A stretch of DNA of 60,324 nt, filler included, from Sluysia triapertura (GCA_046118255.1; 5 parts of 5 records of this genome joined end to end with filler, not necessarily neighbours in it), one strand, 5' to 3'; counted from the whole stretch's first letter, positions 41,801 through 53,454 are shown. Numbers and translations: made by a program. The notes: generated from the sequence alone by a model not told the origin.

Positions 41801-42199
41801 ATGTATAATCCAAGTCAAAATTATTATATCGATCGAAACTACAACTATGTATTTATGCCTGTTGTGCCACAAAGTATACCTTCAAATACACTCTTGGTAC
41901 AACCTATTCATCAGCCATTATCGTGGATAAATAATCCCCAAATTATCAATGTCTCAGCAGAAACTTCAGAAAGTACGAAAAAACATCGATCGAGGGAAAA
42001 TTTTCGAAAAGAGCAAGTAGATAAATTAATGGAATTATATAATCAAAAGAAACATCCATCCCCAGAAGAACGTGAAAATATAGCGAATGAAATCAATGTA
42101 ACATATGAAAGAGTCTCTCAGTGGTTTAAAAATAAGCGTGCCAGAGATAAAAAGAATACTAATGATAGCGGTTCCAGTGCTAACACTAACGTAAATTAA
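41801..42199 (+). CDS. Single-exon homeobox transcription factor, divergent PRD-like K50 homeodomain, 132 aa
   Basis: HRSRENFRKEQVDKLMELYNQKKHPSPEERENIANEINVTYERVSQWFKNKRARDKK has R5, F8, L16, W48, F49, K50, N51 and R53. Intact ATG to TAA; AATAAA near 42325. Confidence 0.93.
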   Translation: MYNPSQNYYIDRNYNYVFMPVVPQSIPSNTLLVQPIHQPLSWINNPQIINVSAETSESTKKHRSRENFRKEQVDKLMELYNQKKHPSPEERENIANEINVTYERVSQWFKNKRARDKKNTNDSGSSANTNVN

Positions 42200-42896
42200 T
42201 GTATTATTGTAACATTTAATAACATTTAGACTAATAATTCCCAGAACCAATCAGATAAAAGCGCGAATAGCATTGATCAATTTTTCGATTAATGTAATAT
42301 TTATTATCAAAACTGAGTTTTTCAATAAAATCAATACCATATTTCTGCATATAAATATATTAATTTATTTGGATTTTGATGTCTTTTAGCTAAATTATGA
42401 TATATATTATAAGTATGTTTTATAAGTATTTTAACTTATCATTTGTCTAACACACATCAAAGTGTGATTTAAGATATGAATTCAATTTTAATACCTTTCT
42501 AGTTTTCCAAGGAAACAAACTACAGTCAAATCTGTTTTTGTGCGATATTTTTTTTGATTGCTTTGCAAAACAAAATATTTTCGAAGTCTCGGCACATTTT
42601 TTATGCCTATTCTCCGCATGAAACAGATTTGGCTTCATAATTAATGAAGATTTGTGAATAATGTTTTTAATTTTCAAAATAAATACATCATTCAGTAATC
42701 AAATTTCGTAATACTTGAATTGACCAATTAGTAATCACTTAATTAAACAATCATTAATTAAAAACGTCCTACAATATTCGAAAAAATTAATTTGTTCAAT
42801 CATGTAATTATTGGTAGAATTTCAACAAATGCTAAATTTTCCTGTTCACAATTTATCTGCAATGCCTACTCAATTTCCATCAAGCAACGGTTTCAC

Positions 42897-42898
<2 letters not shown>

Positions 42899-42974
<76 letters not shown>
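42899..42974. repeat. (TAA)n microsatellite
   Basis: Perfect trinucleotide run; it explains the poly-Asn ORF. Confidence 0.95.
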
Positions 42975-45900
42975 CTAGTTATTTAATTCAAGTATTACTG
43001 ATTAACCTATTTGAACTCTATAATAATGTGTATGCATTATAATTATGCTATCGTTCTAGTGCCAATTTTCTGTACTTTTTGTTATTTTTACATAATATTA
43101 TTTTAAAATTGTTATTTAAAATTAAAATCATTTGATTGAAGTTCTTAAACTTAAACTGTTAATTAATGTAACATCTAATTTTAGTTTGAGATAATTTAAT
43201 CGCAAAATTTAATAAAATTTTTATAAAAATTTCATAAATATTCATTTATATTTGTTTCAGTTATTTTTGTACAGTTACGTATACCATTTTATTATTTTAT
43301 TTTGTGTATAATACACCTTCGAGACTTCCAAATTTTGTTCTTGTATTGGTAAAATTGAATTTAAAAAAAATTTAGAGAATAATTGAATAAAAAGAAAATA
43401 TTAACTAAGATAAAGTAACAAAAAGTATAGTATAGGAAATTTCTATCATTTAAAACCGAATAAGAATACAAAATCTTTAATAAAAGTTAATAAGAAAATT
43501 TATTTTACGATCATTAATTTTGGTAAATGATATTAATTGGTTTATTAGGAAAAATATAAATTTCTTCGATAAGAAAAGAAATATTTTGATGAAAAAGAAG
43601 AATTAAAGATAATACGAAATCTCTCAGAAAACAAAAGTTGTACTAAAAGTATTCTGTGTTTTATTAAGAATAGATAATTATTGTGACACGTGAAGAATAT
43701 AAAATAAATAAGAAAACTACTAAGCAATTATTAGGGTTGTTTGATTAATAATAAAAGCCTTTATAATACTAACCACGTTAATTGAATAATTTTATAGTAA
43801 CGAATTAACAAGTTATTAGGAGATTTAAGACAGATCGACACATTAATTTTTTAAGAAACGCGAGGAGTTTAAAGTACTTGTAAAATCATGCGAAACGTCA
43901 CACTGAGCATAAACCGTTAACCGTAGGCAAACTTTAAGAAAAAACATTCGCAATATTTATTACTATTACTCATTTTCCACAAAGAATGTGTTAAATTATA
44001 TATTTGATATTAAACTACACATTTACCGTTAATTATGAAAATGTAATACTTTTGATTATTAATTACAAAAGATCCTACCAAGTATTAAGTTTATGCACGC
44101 AAGATTTAAGAAACGGTAAGATTTATTTATAAAATTTTAAAATTTATGAACAAAAGTAGAATTCATTTATAATGGAAATTATTTAAAAATTTAATAAAAA
44201 TGGATATGAAGAACAGAGTAACTCGGTATCCTCTTGGTTTTGTTGAAACTCATAATTGTATTGTTATTCTATTTATAATATTAATTTTTATATTTCCAAT
44301 TAATTAATTTTCACTATAACCGCAATTCAATAATTTACCAATTAACCAATTTGAATTTTATAACAATGTGTATGTATCGGATCTTAAGATATTGTATATA
44401 ATTTAGTACACATTACTGTATTCACCATATTTTAGAATTTAATTTTATCTTTATAATTTATAAAATTAAGAATTACTAAATTATGAACGTTAAATTTAAT
44501 TTTACAAAATTAAAATTTTTAGCCTCAAGGGCTTCTACAAAACTGATAAGAACTGTTCCGAACAATAAGAACAAATTAAATAGTGAACCTACATTAATGA
44601 AATAGGAAACAAAACTAAAAAGATTAAAAACAAACGTATACAAGTAATATAAAATAGATTAAAAGCTTCATTAAAAACGATCGTAATACAAATTTTTTGC
44701 ACTGTCGAACATTTAAAAGGTGAACCAATACAGGACTCTTGAAAAAACATTCCTTCTATACCCATGTGAACAAAGACTCAAATATTCATTATATTTGATT
44801 ACGTTGGAATGATATTGATATAATAAATGCTAATATAGTCATTAAAAATATGAAACTTTTGTATCAAACATTTTTATGGAATTAATGATATTGATTTTTT
44901 AGGTTGCCTTTAACATTATTTATTATTATTGATTTTTAAATATTTTTGTTTACTTTATAATTTCAAGTTATACAGATAATAATTTTGATTATTGTAACAT
45001 TGAAGAACGAATCCCTTATTCAGCATTTCTTCTTACACACATGCATTCAATTTAACAACATTATTTTCAGTTGAATACAACCAATGTTTTGGATAATTTT
45101 CTGTAATTTGATCGCTCCAATGAATTTTTGAATGGGGATGATTCATTATATTTTGCAATAATGTACATCAGATAAATTTTTATATATTATTTAATCGATA
45201 TATATATATTAAATACGAGGAATAAAAATACGTGCATAAGTACGAAAAGGAAAGTAATTTTGATAACAGATAATTATAAAATTATCGTACATAATTATAA
45301 TTTATATATTTTAATCGAATGCCTAAATGATAAATAAATATTCGTATGAATAAAATAAACGAATTGAATACCTTAATAACTTCGAATGTTTGAGTGACAA
45401 TGGATAAAAATAAAATAGTGAGCCAATCTTAATGAGTGTTGAATAAATGGTGAGCCACTAGATCAATGAAAAATGTACTGAAAAATAATTTCTAATGTAG
45501 TAACAGTATATGAATTACAATGAATAATTTAAATATAACTATATGCTAAATAATTTTGTAAATCTTGGTTTAGTAACAAAATAAATTTCACGTACATTAA
45601 TTAATAATTTTATTTAGTACTATCAATTTAAATTTTGTAAATATAAATTTAGTAATACAAAATATATTTTACTTAAATGTAAATTTTGTGCAGGAAATTG
45701 ATATAAATTTTAATGTATATAATTATTATCATTATTTTGAACAATCATCTTACAATAATCAAACAATCATTGTGGACAATAACTCTATTATAAATATTGA
45801 ATGATTATTTTCGACAATAATTTTATTTCAAATGACTTTGTATGGCAGTTATATTGGACGTCATCTTAACATAATATCTTGGGCGATAGACAATCTCATT

Positions 45901-47216
45901 GACCAGTTGTGCACGATAATTGATTAAAGTAAGAATATAAGATTATATAAAATATTTAAAAATTTTTTTGATTTTATACCATATTTATTTTTATTATTGT
46001 TATTATTGAAGAAAGAGATTGAAAAAAATATTTTACAAATTAAAATAATTAGAACAGAGGCGATTATTGAAGTTAATCTCCAAAATTAAAAAAGATGCTG
46101 AATAAATTAAGTAAACGTTATTTCGAATAGTTAATAAAAGTCACAAAGATTAAGTATTAAATAATTCGTAAGAACAGGAGAATACTTGTAGTAATTTGTA
46201 GCAATTATAAGCAATCAAAATATCATTATAGGAGAGGATACAAAGCCACGAATTTTAGAATTTTGTACTATAATAATAAGTTGTGAAGTTTTATCAGTAT
46301 GTGAACTATAACGAATAAATTTTGAGAAGCATGAATATTAAAATGTTCAATAACTATAGACAATTAAATTATTACCAAAGTTTTAATTTTTATGATAGAG
46401 TTTAAAGCTACGAATCTTAGAATTTTAAAGGTTTATCAATGAGATAACGGTAAAGAATATATCTTAAAAGATTAAATATAACAAACGATAGCAACAAAAG
46501 AATTTTTAAAATTGTTACATTTTATCAAAATAAGTTAACCATTATAAGTTCTCTCGAACTTATTTTTAATTACAGTATTTATTTAAAATTTTAAAAATAA
46601 AAAATAAATGAGAAAAAGATAAGCAAAATGTATAAGTATGTCAGGAAATATACGTGTATTAACAGGGCAAATAAAAAATTATTATGTAGCACAGGACATA
46701 AGCACGAGAGTAATTACTATAAAGAAGAAAATTGGAAGTCCTAGATCAATAAAGAAATAAAAACTTATAACCCCAATTCAGGAAATTGATGATGACATCT
46801 ACATCATTTTTTTAATTTTAAAATTACTTAATTTAATAATATAAATTGGACTTCTTCTTCAATGAAAGGTGTTATCTATTCGAGTTATTCATTTCGAGCC
46901 TGTTCGATAATAACGAACAAAACAGAATTCACGATAGCGATAAAATTGCCTAACTGATCAGGTAAATTAAATATTATGTACTATTTATTAATAAAATTTG
47001 ATAGCAGTACACGCTTAAATTTTACTGATAAATTTTTGATAATAGAATAAATCCGGGAAAGTAGATTTAAATCTAAGATTCTAAAATTGTGTCTAAGAAA
47101 ACAAAAGCATCTTATTATAAATTACGTAATAAAGCACTTGTTATTTAAATCGTATAAGAATAATTCACAATGTATTTTGAATCTACTTTTATCACATTGT
47201 AATTAATATATCAGTA

Positions 47217-47697
47217 ATGTGTATAGTGAAAAAAGTTATTAAAGTTACATTTTTGATGCTATCTTTAATATATATGGTAAGTTATTTCATTGCTTAATAC
47301 ATATTTAGACTGTAGGTTGTGGATTAGTTTATATTGGTATCACTTTAAAAACGTCAGATTTTGAGATATTAAAAGCACTACGAAACTTTAATACATTATT
47401 AATTGAACCTATATGTGTAACATTAATTGTTTTTGGTTGCGCGTGTATCCTAGCCAGTATTCTTGGTCAAATTGGCTATTGTTTGGACAGTAGAGTTTTA
47501 TTTATTATGGTTAGTTATTATTTGCTGATAACAAAAATTCATTATTATATAAATAAATTTATTGAAATATAGAATTGTTATCATTTCACATTTAGAGTGC
47601 AGTATTAAAAGCACTAATTGTTATCGGAATAATTGGTTTAGGGGTATTTATCAAGAAAAAGAGTAAAAAAATCCAAGATGAATTTCAGTGGATGTAA
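47217..47697 (+). CDS. Tetraspanin-like protein (TM1-TM3 only), exons 47217-47276, 47309-47509, 47596-47697
   Basis: Phase-0 GT-AG introns of 32 and 86 nt. IKVTFLMLSLIYM/TVGCGLVYIG...LIVFGCACILASILGQIGYCLDSRVLFIM fits tetraspanin TM1-TM2-loop-TM3. No CCG loop or TM4 seen. Confidence 0.75.
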
Positions 47698-47900
47698 TTT
47701 TTTTGTAAATAAATGTACATTTTGTTTTTGTAAAAAAATTAATTGCATAATTTATTTTATGTTTTGGATATTAGTTTTTAATGTGTAACATTGTCAAATA
47801 TAATTTCAAAACATCAATTGCATAAGTAAAATATTATTATAAGTATTATTATCAAGATTATTAAACATAATAATAATTATTTAATAAAAATAAAACATAC

Positions 47901-48064
47901 TCGATTTCTGCAGTTTTGGTTTTTTCTTTTTCAGTTAAACTTGATATCCAATCTGAACAATTTGGTTTGATGGCACTCTGAATCATGACGTCTGCCAAAC
48001 TGCACAAAGTCGATCCAACGTCGCCAACGACAGTGATATTAGGCTTCCAAAACATGGGTGAATT
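47901..48064 (-). CDS. ILVBL: Internal exon of acetolactate synthase-like protein (2-hydroxyacyl-CoA lyase 2)
   Basis: AG|NSPMFWKPNITVVGDVGSTL...DWISSLTEKE|GT versus ILVBL NSDMFWKPQEAVQGDVGSF...DWVEELRE. Confidence 0.8.
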
Positions 48065-49184
48065 CTAAATTGAAATTTTACTGTTCATAAAATAGAAAAT
48101 TAAATTTGTATTTAAGAAACATGGAAACAGAGCCATGAAAAAAGATATCAAGTGAAATTTTCATTGTGCAGTTATTTAATCAGTACAATTTTTACAGGTT
48201 ATAAAAATATATTTAACAGTGACAAGCAGAAATATTTGTAAGTGAAAGAGTGCACACCAAACCAAAATATCTAATATTAAATTAAATGAATACAAAAGAA
48301 TATATTATAATTCATAACATAATAGAAATTGTTTATCTTTGTATGAGTTTGAATAATTTGTTCTTAATAATTATTTACTTTTAAAAATTCTTTAATTAGA
48401 ATATAATAACAATTTTTTCTATTTATAGAAATATTACTTCTACAAGAATAATTTAATTAAATCTGTATGAAAATAAATAGTATTCCCAGTTGATTGTAGG
48501 AGTGAGTTTAGAAACGATAAAATAAAAATACATCGCACTTTGTAAATAATGGAAAACGAATATAGGATGAAAATAAAAAATTAACAATAAATTCACATTT
48601 CTGGAATACAGCTATTTTTTTCAAAATACGCATAAAATTGCTAGGCAAAAGAAACCTTTGTAATTTTATAGTTATATAAATTATCAATAAAAATTACTAT
48701 CTAAATTATATTATTTTTTGCATCTTCCGAAATATATAGATAAAAATTATAAAAAATAGGTTAAGATCAAATTGACTATTTAATATAATTAAATGTAGAA
48801 TGATCATCAATTATTACTGTAGCAAAATTATTCAGTAAAACTATTCAATCAAACAAAACTGCACTTCCATCTCTTACACCGCAGACGAGTGACAGTAACC
48901 TCCAGATATTATTATCAGTGTTAGAATAATCATCTTAAACTCAAGTCACAATCTTAGCATCTACAAGTAAAGTAGAAGCCATTATCAAAGACATAAGGTC
49001 CTAAATTCATTAATATTTGTATATTACTATGTATTATTTATTATTAGTAAATTTCTACTATACTACTTATTTGCTTGTAAACTATTACTAATTTTTACTT
49101 ATAAATTACTTATAAATAATTACTTAAATTATGATTATTAATTCAATAACTTTATATACAAAATAATTATAACTAATATATTAC

Positions 49185-49284
49185 NNNNNNNNNNNNNNNN
49201 NNNNNNNNNNNNNNNNNNNNNNNNNNNNTTAATTAATTAANNNNNNNNNNNNNNNNNNNNNNNNNNNNNNNNNNNNNNNNNNNN
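49185..49284. other. Artificial contig spacer
   Basis: 44 N + TTAATTAATTAA + 44 N. Confidence 0.97.
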
Positions 49285-49320
49285 CATCTTAGTACATTAA
49301 TTTATTTTATTACCTTAATA

Positions 49321-49392
49321 CAGTGGTGTCAAAGTGGCGGCCCGCGGAGGCAAATCATGCAGCCCGTAAAGCAAAAAGGTTTGACACCACTG
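49321..49392. mobile_element. 72-bp hAT (Charlie/Buster-type) MITE
   Basis: Perfect 13-bp TIRs CAGTGGTGTCAAA / TTTGACACCACTG with a GCGGCCCGCGG subterminal motif. The 8-bp flanks match at only 4 of 8 positions. Confidence 0.85.
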
Positions 49393-50391
49393 ATCTAAAA
49401 TATATTTTGGCTATCTAATTTTTAATGTCTATATTTGTTTTGCACTAATTTTTTATTTTTAACTCTGCATTTAATTGGCCCATTTTCAAATTATCAAACT
49501 TTTACACCAATTACATTTCTCAACATCTTTCTGATTATTTGACAACGTTCGCAGTAACTATTGGTTACGAAATTACCTAATTTTACAAAAATTATGTAAC
49601 CAATAGATATCATTCAACTTAGTTAAAATTATTACTATTACTATTATCATTATCATTATTATTATTAGTAGTATTAGTATTAGTATTATTATTATTATAA
49701 TTATTACCATTGTGTCTTCATTAAATTATTTTTCGCATAAATTACATATAAATTAAAGTCTAGAGGTGAAGTGTAGAGTATAGAATGTGTAAAATTTATG
49801 TTAATAAAATACTTTTGTTGCCTATAAGTTTTAGTTTAATTTAATCGTTGGCTTTATGACTAATAATTCTTTTAAATTAGGTTACTCAAACGTATTTCCT
49901 TATAAAACATTACGTTTGATTTATAATTATTTTTCAACTCTTTTTACTCCTACTAATCCTCTTTAAATTAGTTAAAGTTTATTCTTTATAGTACTCCTAT
50001 TGGCTTAGTTCAAAAATATTATTTAAGTCTTGATCAAATAATTTCTAGTTCACTTATTCTCTTATTTACTTAGTATTAAATTCTTTTTGATAATTCTAAT
50101 ATGGAAGTTTAGTTCAATACTCGTCTCTGTTCTTAAAGGTGGAAGTGCCAGTTAAAGTTTTAAAATTATTGATTTTAAGTACTTAAAATCTCACTTATCG
50201 ATTGTAGTGGCCCGGCCCACACCTATCTACATATCATTTACCATTTCTATTATTATTAATACTGTTGTTATTATTATCATCATCATTATTGCTATTGTTA
50301 TTATTATCATTATTACTTTTGTTATTATTATTATCATTGTTACTAATATTCCTAAATATAAAATAAATTAAAATTTGAACAACGTTGATTA

Positions 50392-50624
50392 AACTGGTTG
50401 CTGCCATCACCAGTGCTGACAGTCTGTGTCATATTTACATTAGGCTGTCAGCCTTGATGATGGTCGGCCATCAGTTGTTAATTTTCATCAAAATAAATAA
50501 CTTACCAAATATCACCCAATCAGAGCACAGCTCATTTGAAAATACTAAATACTAATACCAACACTCTGATTGGGTAGATAAAAATAATTCTAATAAAATT
50601 AACGTGTCTAGAAAATATAGACAC
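50392..50624 (+). promoter_or_regulatory. Structured leader A (three inverted repeats) upstream of the 494-aa ORF
   Basis: Arms at 50404-50425/50442-50463, 50514-50525/50564-50575 (perfect 12 bp, inverted CCAAT boxes) and 50604-50610/50618-50624. Confidence 0.75.
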
Positions 50625-50737
50625 AAAACAAATTGCAGACAATAAAAATACCATCTATAACAATAAATTCTTGTTTTTATTACTGAAAATTACTGTCAAC
50701 ATATTTTTCAACGAAATTTTGTCTTTTTGCTTATTAC

Positions 50738-52222
50738 ATGATGAAAATTTGTATGGAACAAAGGGATAAAGTATTCTCTTCGATATTAAGAGTTATCAAC
50801 AGTTTTACTATCATTTTAAAAAGCAACTATCTTGAAGTGTACAAATTGGATTTATCAAAACAGTTATCTGAAGAATTAAACGATAGATGGTTATTCTTTA
50901 TCGAGATTATTAATGATGATAAAACAGATGATCTATATCCAAATTTAATTGAACCAAATCTCAAGATTAATGTAAACATTTGGAATTTTTTTGAACCAAA
51001 ATGTAAATTGTTAAAATCACTGATGTCATGCAAGTGGGCCCACTTTCCAAAGTCTATATGGTGTAGTGATTACAATTATGATGAATACGTTATTATTCGT
51101 TTTCGTGTTAGACATGACATATATTGTCATGGAGGAAATGAGTTTATTCTCGGGTTATTTAGTTTAGATATAAATTTGATAGTAAAAATAATTTCAATCT
51201 ATCTGCTATTTAAAGTAATGCAACAGCACCATGAATTCGGTGGTTTGGAGAGTAGATCAGATTTAGTTGAAGTTCGAATATTGCGAGACAAGCTGCTTAA
51301 GAATGATAATTTAATATTTGATATAATGAGAAATACACCTACAGACCTTTACAAGTTAATCGAAATAAAATATGACATTCACCACATCATATTAATTAAT
51401 GACTATGTGAAACTGTATCTATTACAAAGCCGCTTCAGTATAACTTTTGCAACTATAGACGAAATGGCATGTAATTGTGAGCTAATTTGGCTAAGTACTG
51501 CTCGACTTATTTTGCTGTTACAATCTATCATTATGCTGGGAGTTAATCATGGTTTCTTGGTGTTGATCAAAGAAATAAATACTTCAGCGAACAATTTTTA
51601 CGAAATTTTATATGACAATGATGTTAGTTTTGATTTTATTCCCTCTTTTAATTATCTTTTAGTCAACTCGAACAATCTTAGGATCTCGAAGTGTCGGCGA
51701 ACCAAGGATGATGGTAAACATGACTCAGGTGACCTGTCTATAGATATTGACAAAAATTTTAAAAATAAAATATATGTATATAATTGTAATCTCATAATAT
51801 TAATTCTTAATAATAAATTTTTAGTGTTATTTATTCAATTATCTACGAAAATTTGTTTCATAGACTCGAATTTCATATATACAATAAAATTTCACACAAT
51901 ACTAAGATTTAAGACTTATTGTCACGTTAGTATCTCTGAGAATTACAATGAACCTTTAAAGATACAAATAAATATTACAATCAATAAGATTAATAAAATA
52001 ATAAATACACCCTTCTGTCAATTATTAAATTATAGTCCAATTGATCATATAAAAGACTCCTCATGCACATTGATAGACTTCCAAGTATTGCTTAATCTCG
52101 TCTTTAGTAATGGAATTTATAAGCCGCCCTCAAATTCAATTTATCTTTTTAAAATAAACATTAAAATTAAAAATGTTGTTGTAAAACTAAATTCTACAAA
52201 TAAATACACCATAAGTTTATAA
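50738..52222 (+). CDS. Intronless 494-aa protein of unknown function
   Basis: By far the longest ORF in the window; 494 stop-free codons are very unlikely by chance in DNA this AT-rich. No motif recognised. Confidence 0.8.
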   Translation: MMKICMEQRDKVFSSILRVINSFTIILKSNYLEVYKLDLSKQLSEELNDRWLFFIEIINDDKTDDLYPNLIEPNLKINVNIWNFFEPKCKLLKSLMSCKWAHFPKSIWCSDYNYDEYVIIRFRVRHDIYCHGGNEFILGLFSLDINLIVKIISIYLLFKVMQQHHEFGGLESRSDLVEVRILRDKLLKNDNLIFDIMRNTPTDLYKLIEIKYDIHHIILINDYVKLYLLQSRFSITFATIDEMACNCELIWLSTARLILLLQSIIMLGVNHGFLVLIKEINTSANNFYEILYDNDVSFDFIPSFNYLLVNSNNLRISKCRRTKDDGKHDSGDLSIDIDKNFKNKIYVYNCNLIILILNNKFLVLFIQLSTKICFIDSNFIYTIKFHTILRFKTYCHVSISENYNEPLKIQINITINKINKIINTPFCQLLNYSPIDHIKDSSCTLIDFQVLLNLVFSNGIYKPPSNSIYLFKINIKIKNVVVKLNSTNKYTISL

Positions 52223-52837
52223 AAACATAACACCTAATTCAATCGCATTCCATAATATCGAATTACATTAACCGATTAATCATAAACAATATTCCACATT
52301 TATAAGATTTCAACAACATATACTCCTCAAACAATTCGTCTAATAGTTCCAAATTTTCACCTCACACTATATTTTGATAATTAATACCGAATAATCTATA
52401 ACATTCACTCAATAACTATTCTTTCAAACCAAATCACAGCCACCAAAAATAATATTAAAGTTACAAATACATTAACACCATTCAACAATAGTAACAAATA
52501 CCCGAAACATAGAAAACAGTTACGTTACAACCTTGAATCAGCTATACTTATTCAAACCCACTTCAGCTACACATAACAATTATCAACACTCTACAATAAT
52601 ATTGTAAATATGCTAAGATTTATTTAGTAATTGTCTTTTAAATCAAATAAACTATAACCTTCTAACAAGCCTTTTAAATCCATTACAGTTAATGCATAAA
52701 TCGTACTTTCAATTATAAAGCATAAATAAACCTCAAGAATTTACTCCAATATCTTTCATTTCACTTACAATATAAATCATTTCTTTTTGCTTAAAAAATT
52801 AATTTAAAACAGCTTTAAAGAATTCATTTCCTTGTGA

Positions 52838-52891
52838 TGAAGCAACGGCGATAACTGAAGCATAATATACCACGTTACCGTCGTTCCTTCA
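52838..52891. other. GC-richer hairpin downstream of the 494-aa ORF
   Basis: TGAAGCAACGGCGATAAC (52838-52855) pairs with GTTACCGTCGTTCCTTCA (52874-52891): 15 of 18 Watson-Crick plus one G-T. Confidence 0.6.
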
Positions 52892-53109
52892 CATAATACC
52901 AATCTCTTCTATTTACCTTTTTCTATGTTATATGTTAGAAGGACTAAAGAATTCGATAAAAAGTTCGTGTAAATTTTAAAAGAGGGATTTATGCGAATTG
53001 TTTTCGTATGATAATAATAATAATAACAATATTATTGTTGTTATTATTATTGTTGCTATCAATCGTTAAACTAATTTTGCAAACCTAAATTAAATTATAC
53101 TTGTTGTCG

Positions 53110-53352
53110 CCATCATCAATGTTGACATACTGTTCACTATTCTATTGATATGTCAATATTGATCATGGTAGGTCGTCGAAAAATCAGTTGTTGTACAATT
53201 TTTGGATACATCCAATCACGACTGTAGTATGCAAATAATAATTTTTGAAGTCGTGATTGGATAACCAATCGTAAGCTGCTCAATACAATTTTGTTAACAA
53301 AATTTTACACAAAATTAATAAAACCAGAAATTCTGGCACAATAAAAGTTACC
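53110..53352 (+). promoter_or_regulatory. Structured leader B, paralogous to leader A
   Basis: Arms at 53110-53129/53149-53168 and 53210-53223/53249-53262 (perfect 14 bp), ATGCAAAT in the loop, and CCAGAAATTCTGG at 53324-53336. Confidence 0.75.
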
Positions 53353-53454
53353 AAAAAATTTCTTATCATAGATAACCGAATAAAGTCAAAAATTTTTTTA
53401 GTAGTCTCGACAAAAATCACATCAATTTTTCTCAATCAATAACAAATATTGGTT

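Noticed and set aside
42792-42986. Poly-Asn ORF, and poly-Tyr ORF 14585-14845
   Set aside because: Artefacts of (AAT)n microsatellites and N gaps.
48860-49000. Upstream ILVBL exon (CDLSL versus CDFRL)
   Set aside because: Stops in frame and no other matching residues.
50207-50220. GTGGCCCGGCCCAC as a Helitron 3' hairpin
   Set aside because: Short stem and no CTRR terminus at the expected distance.
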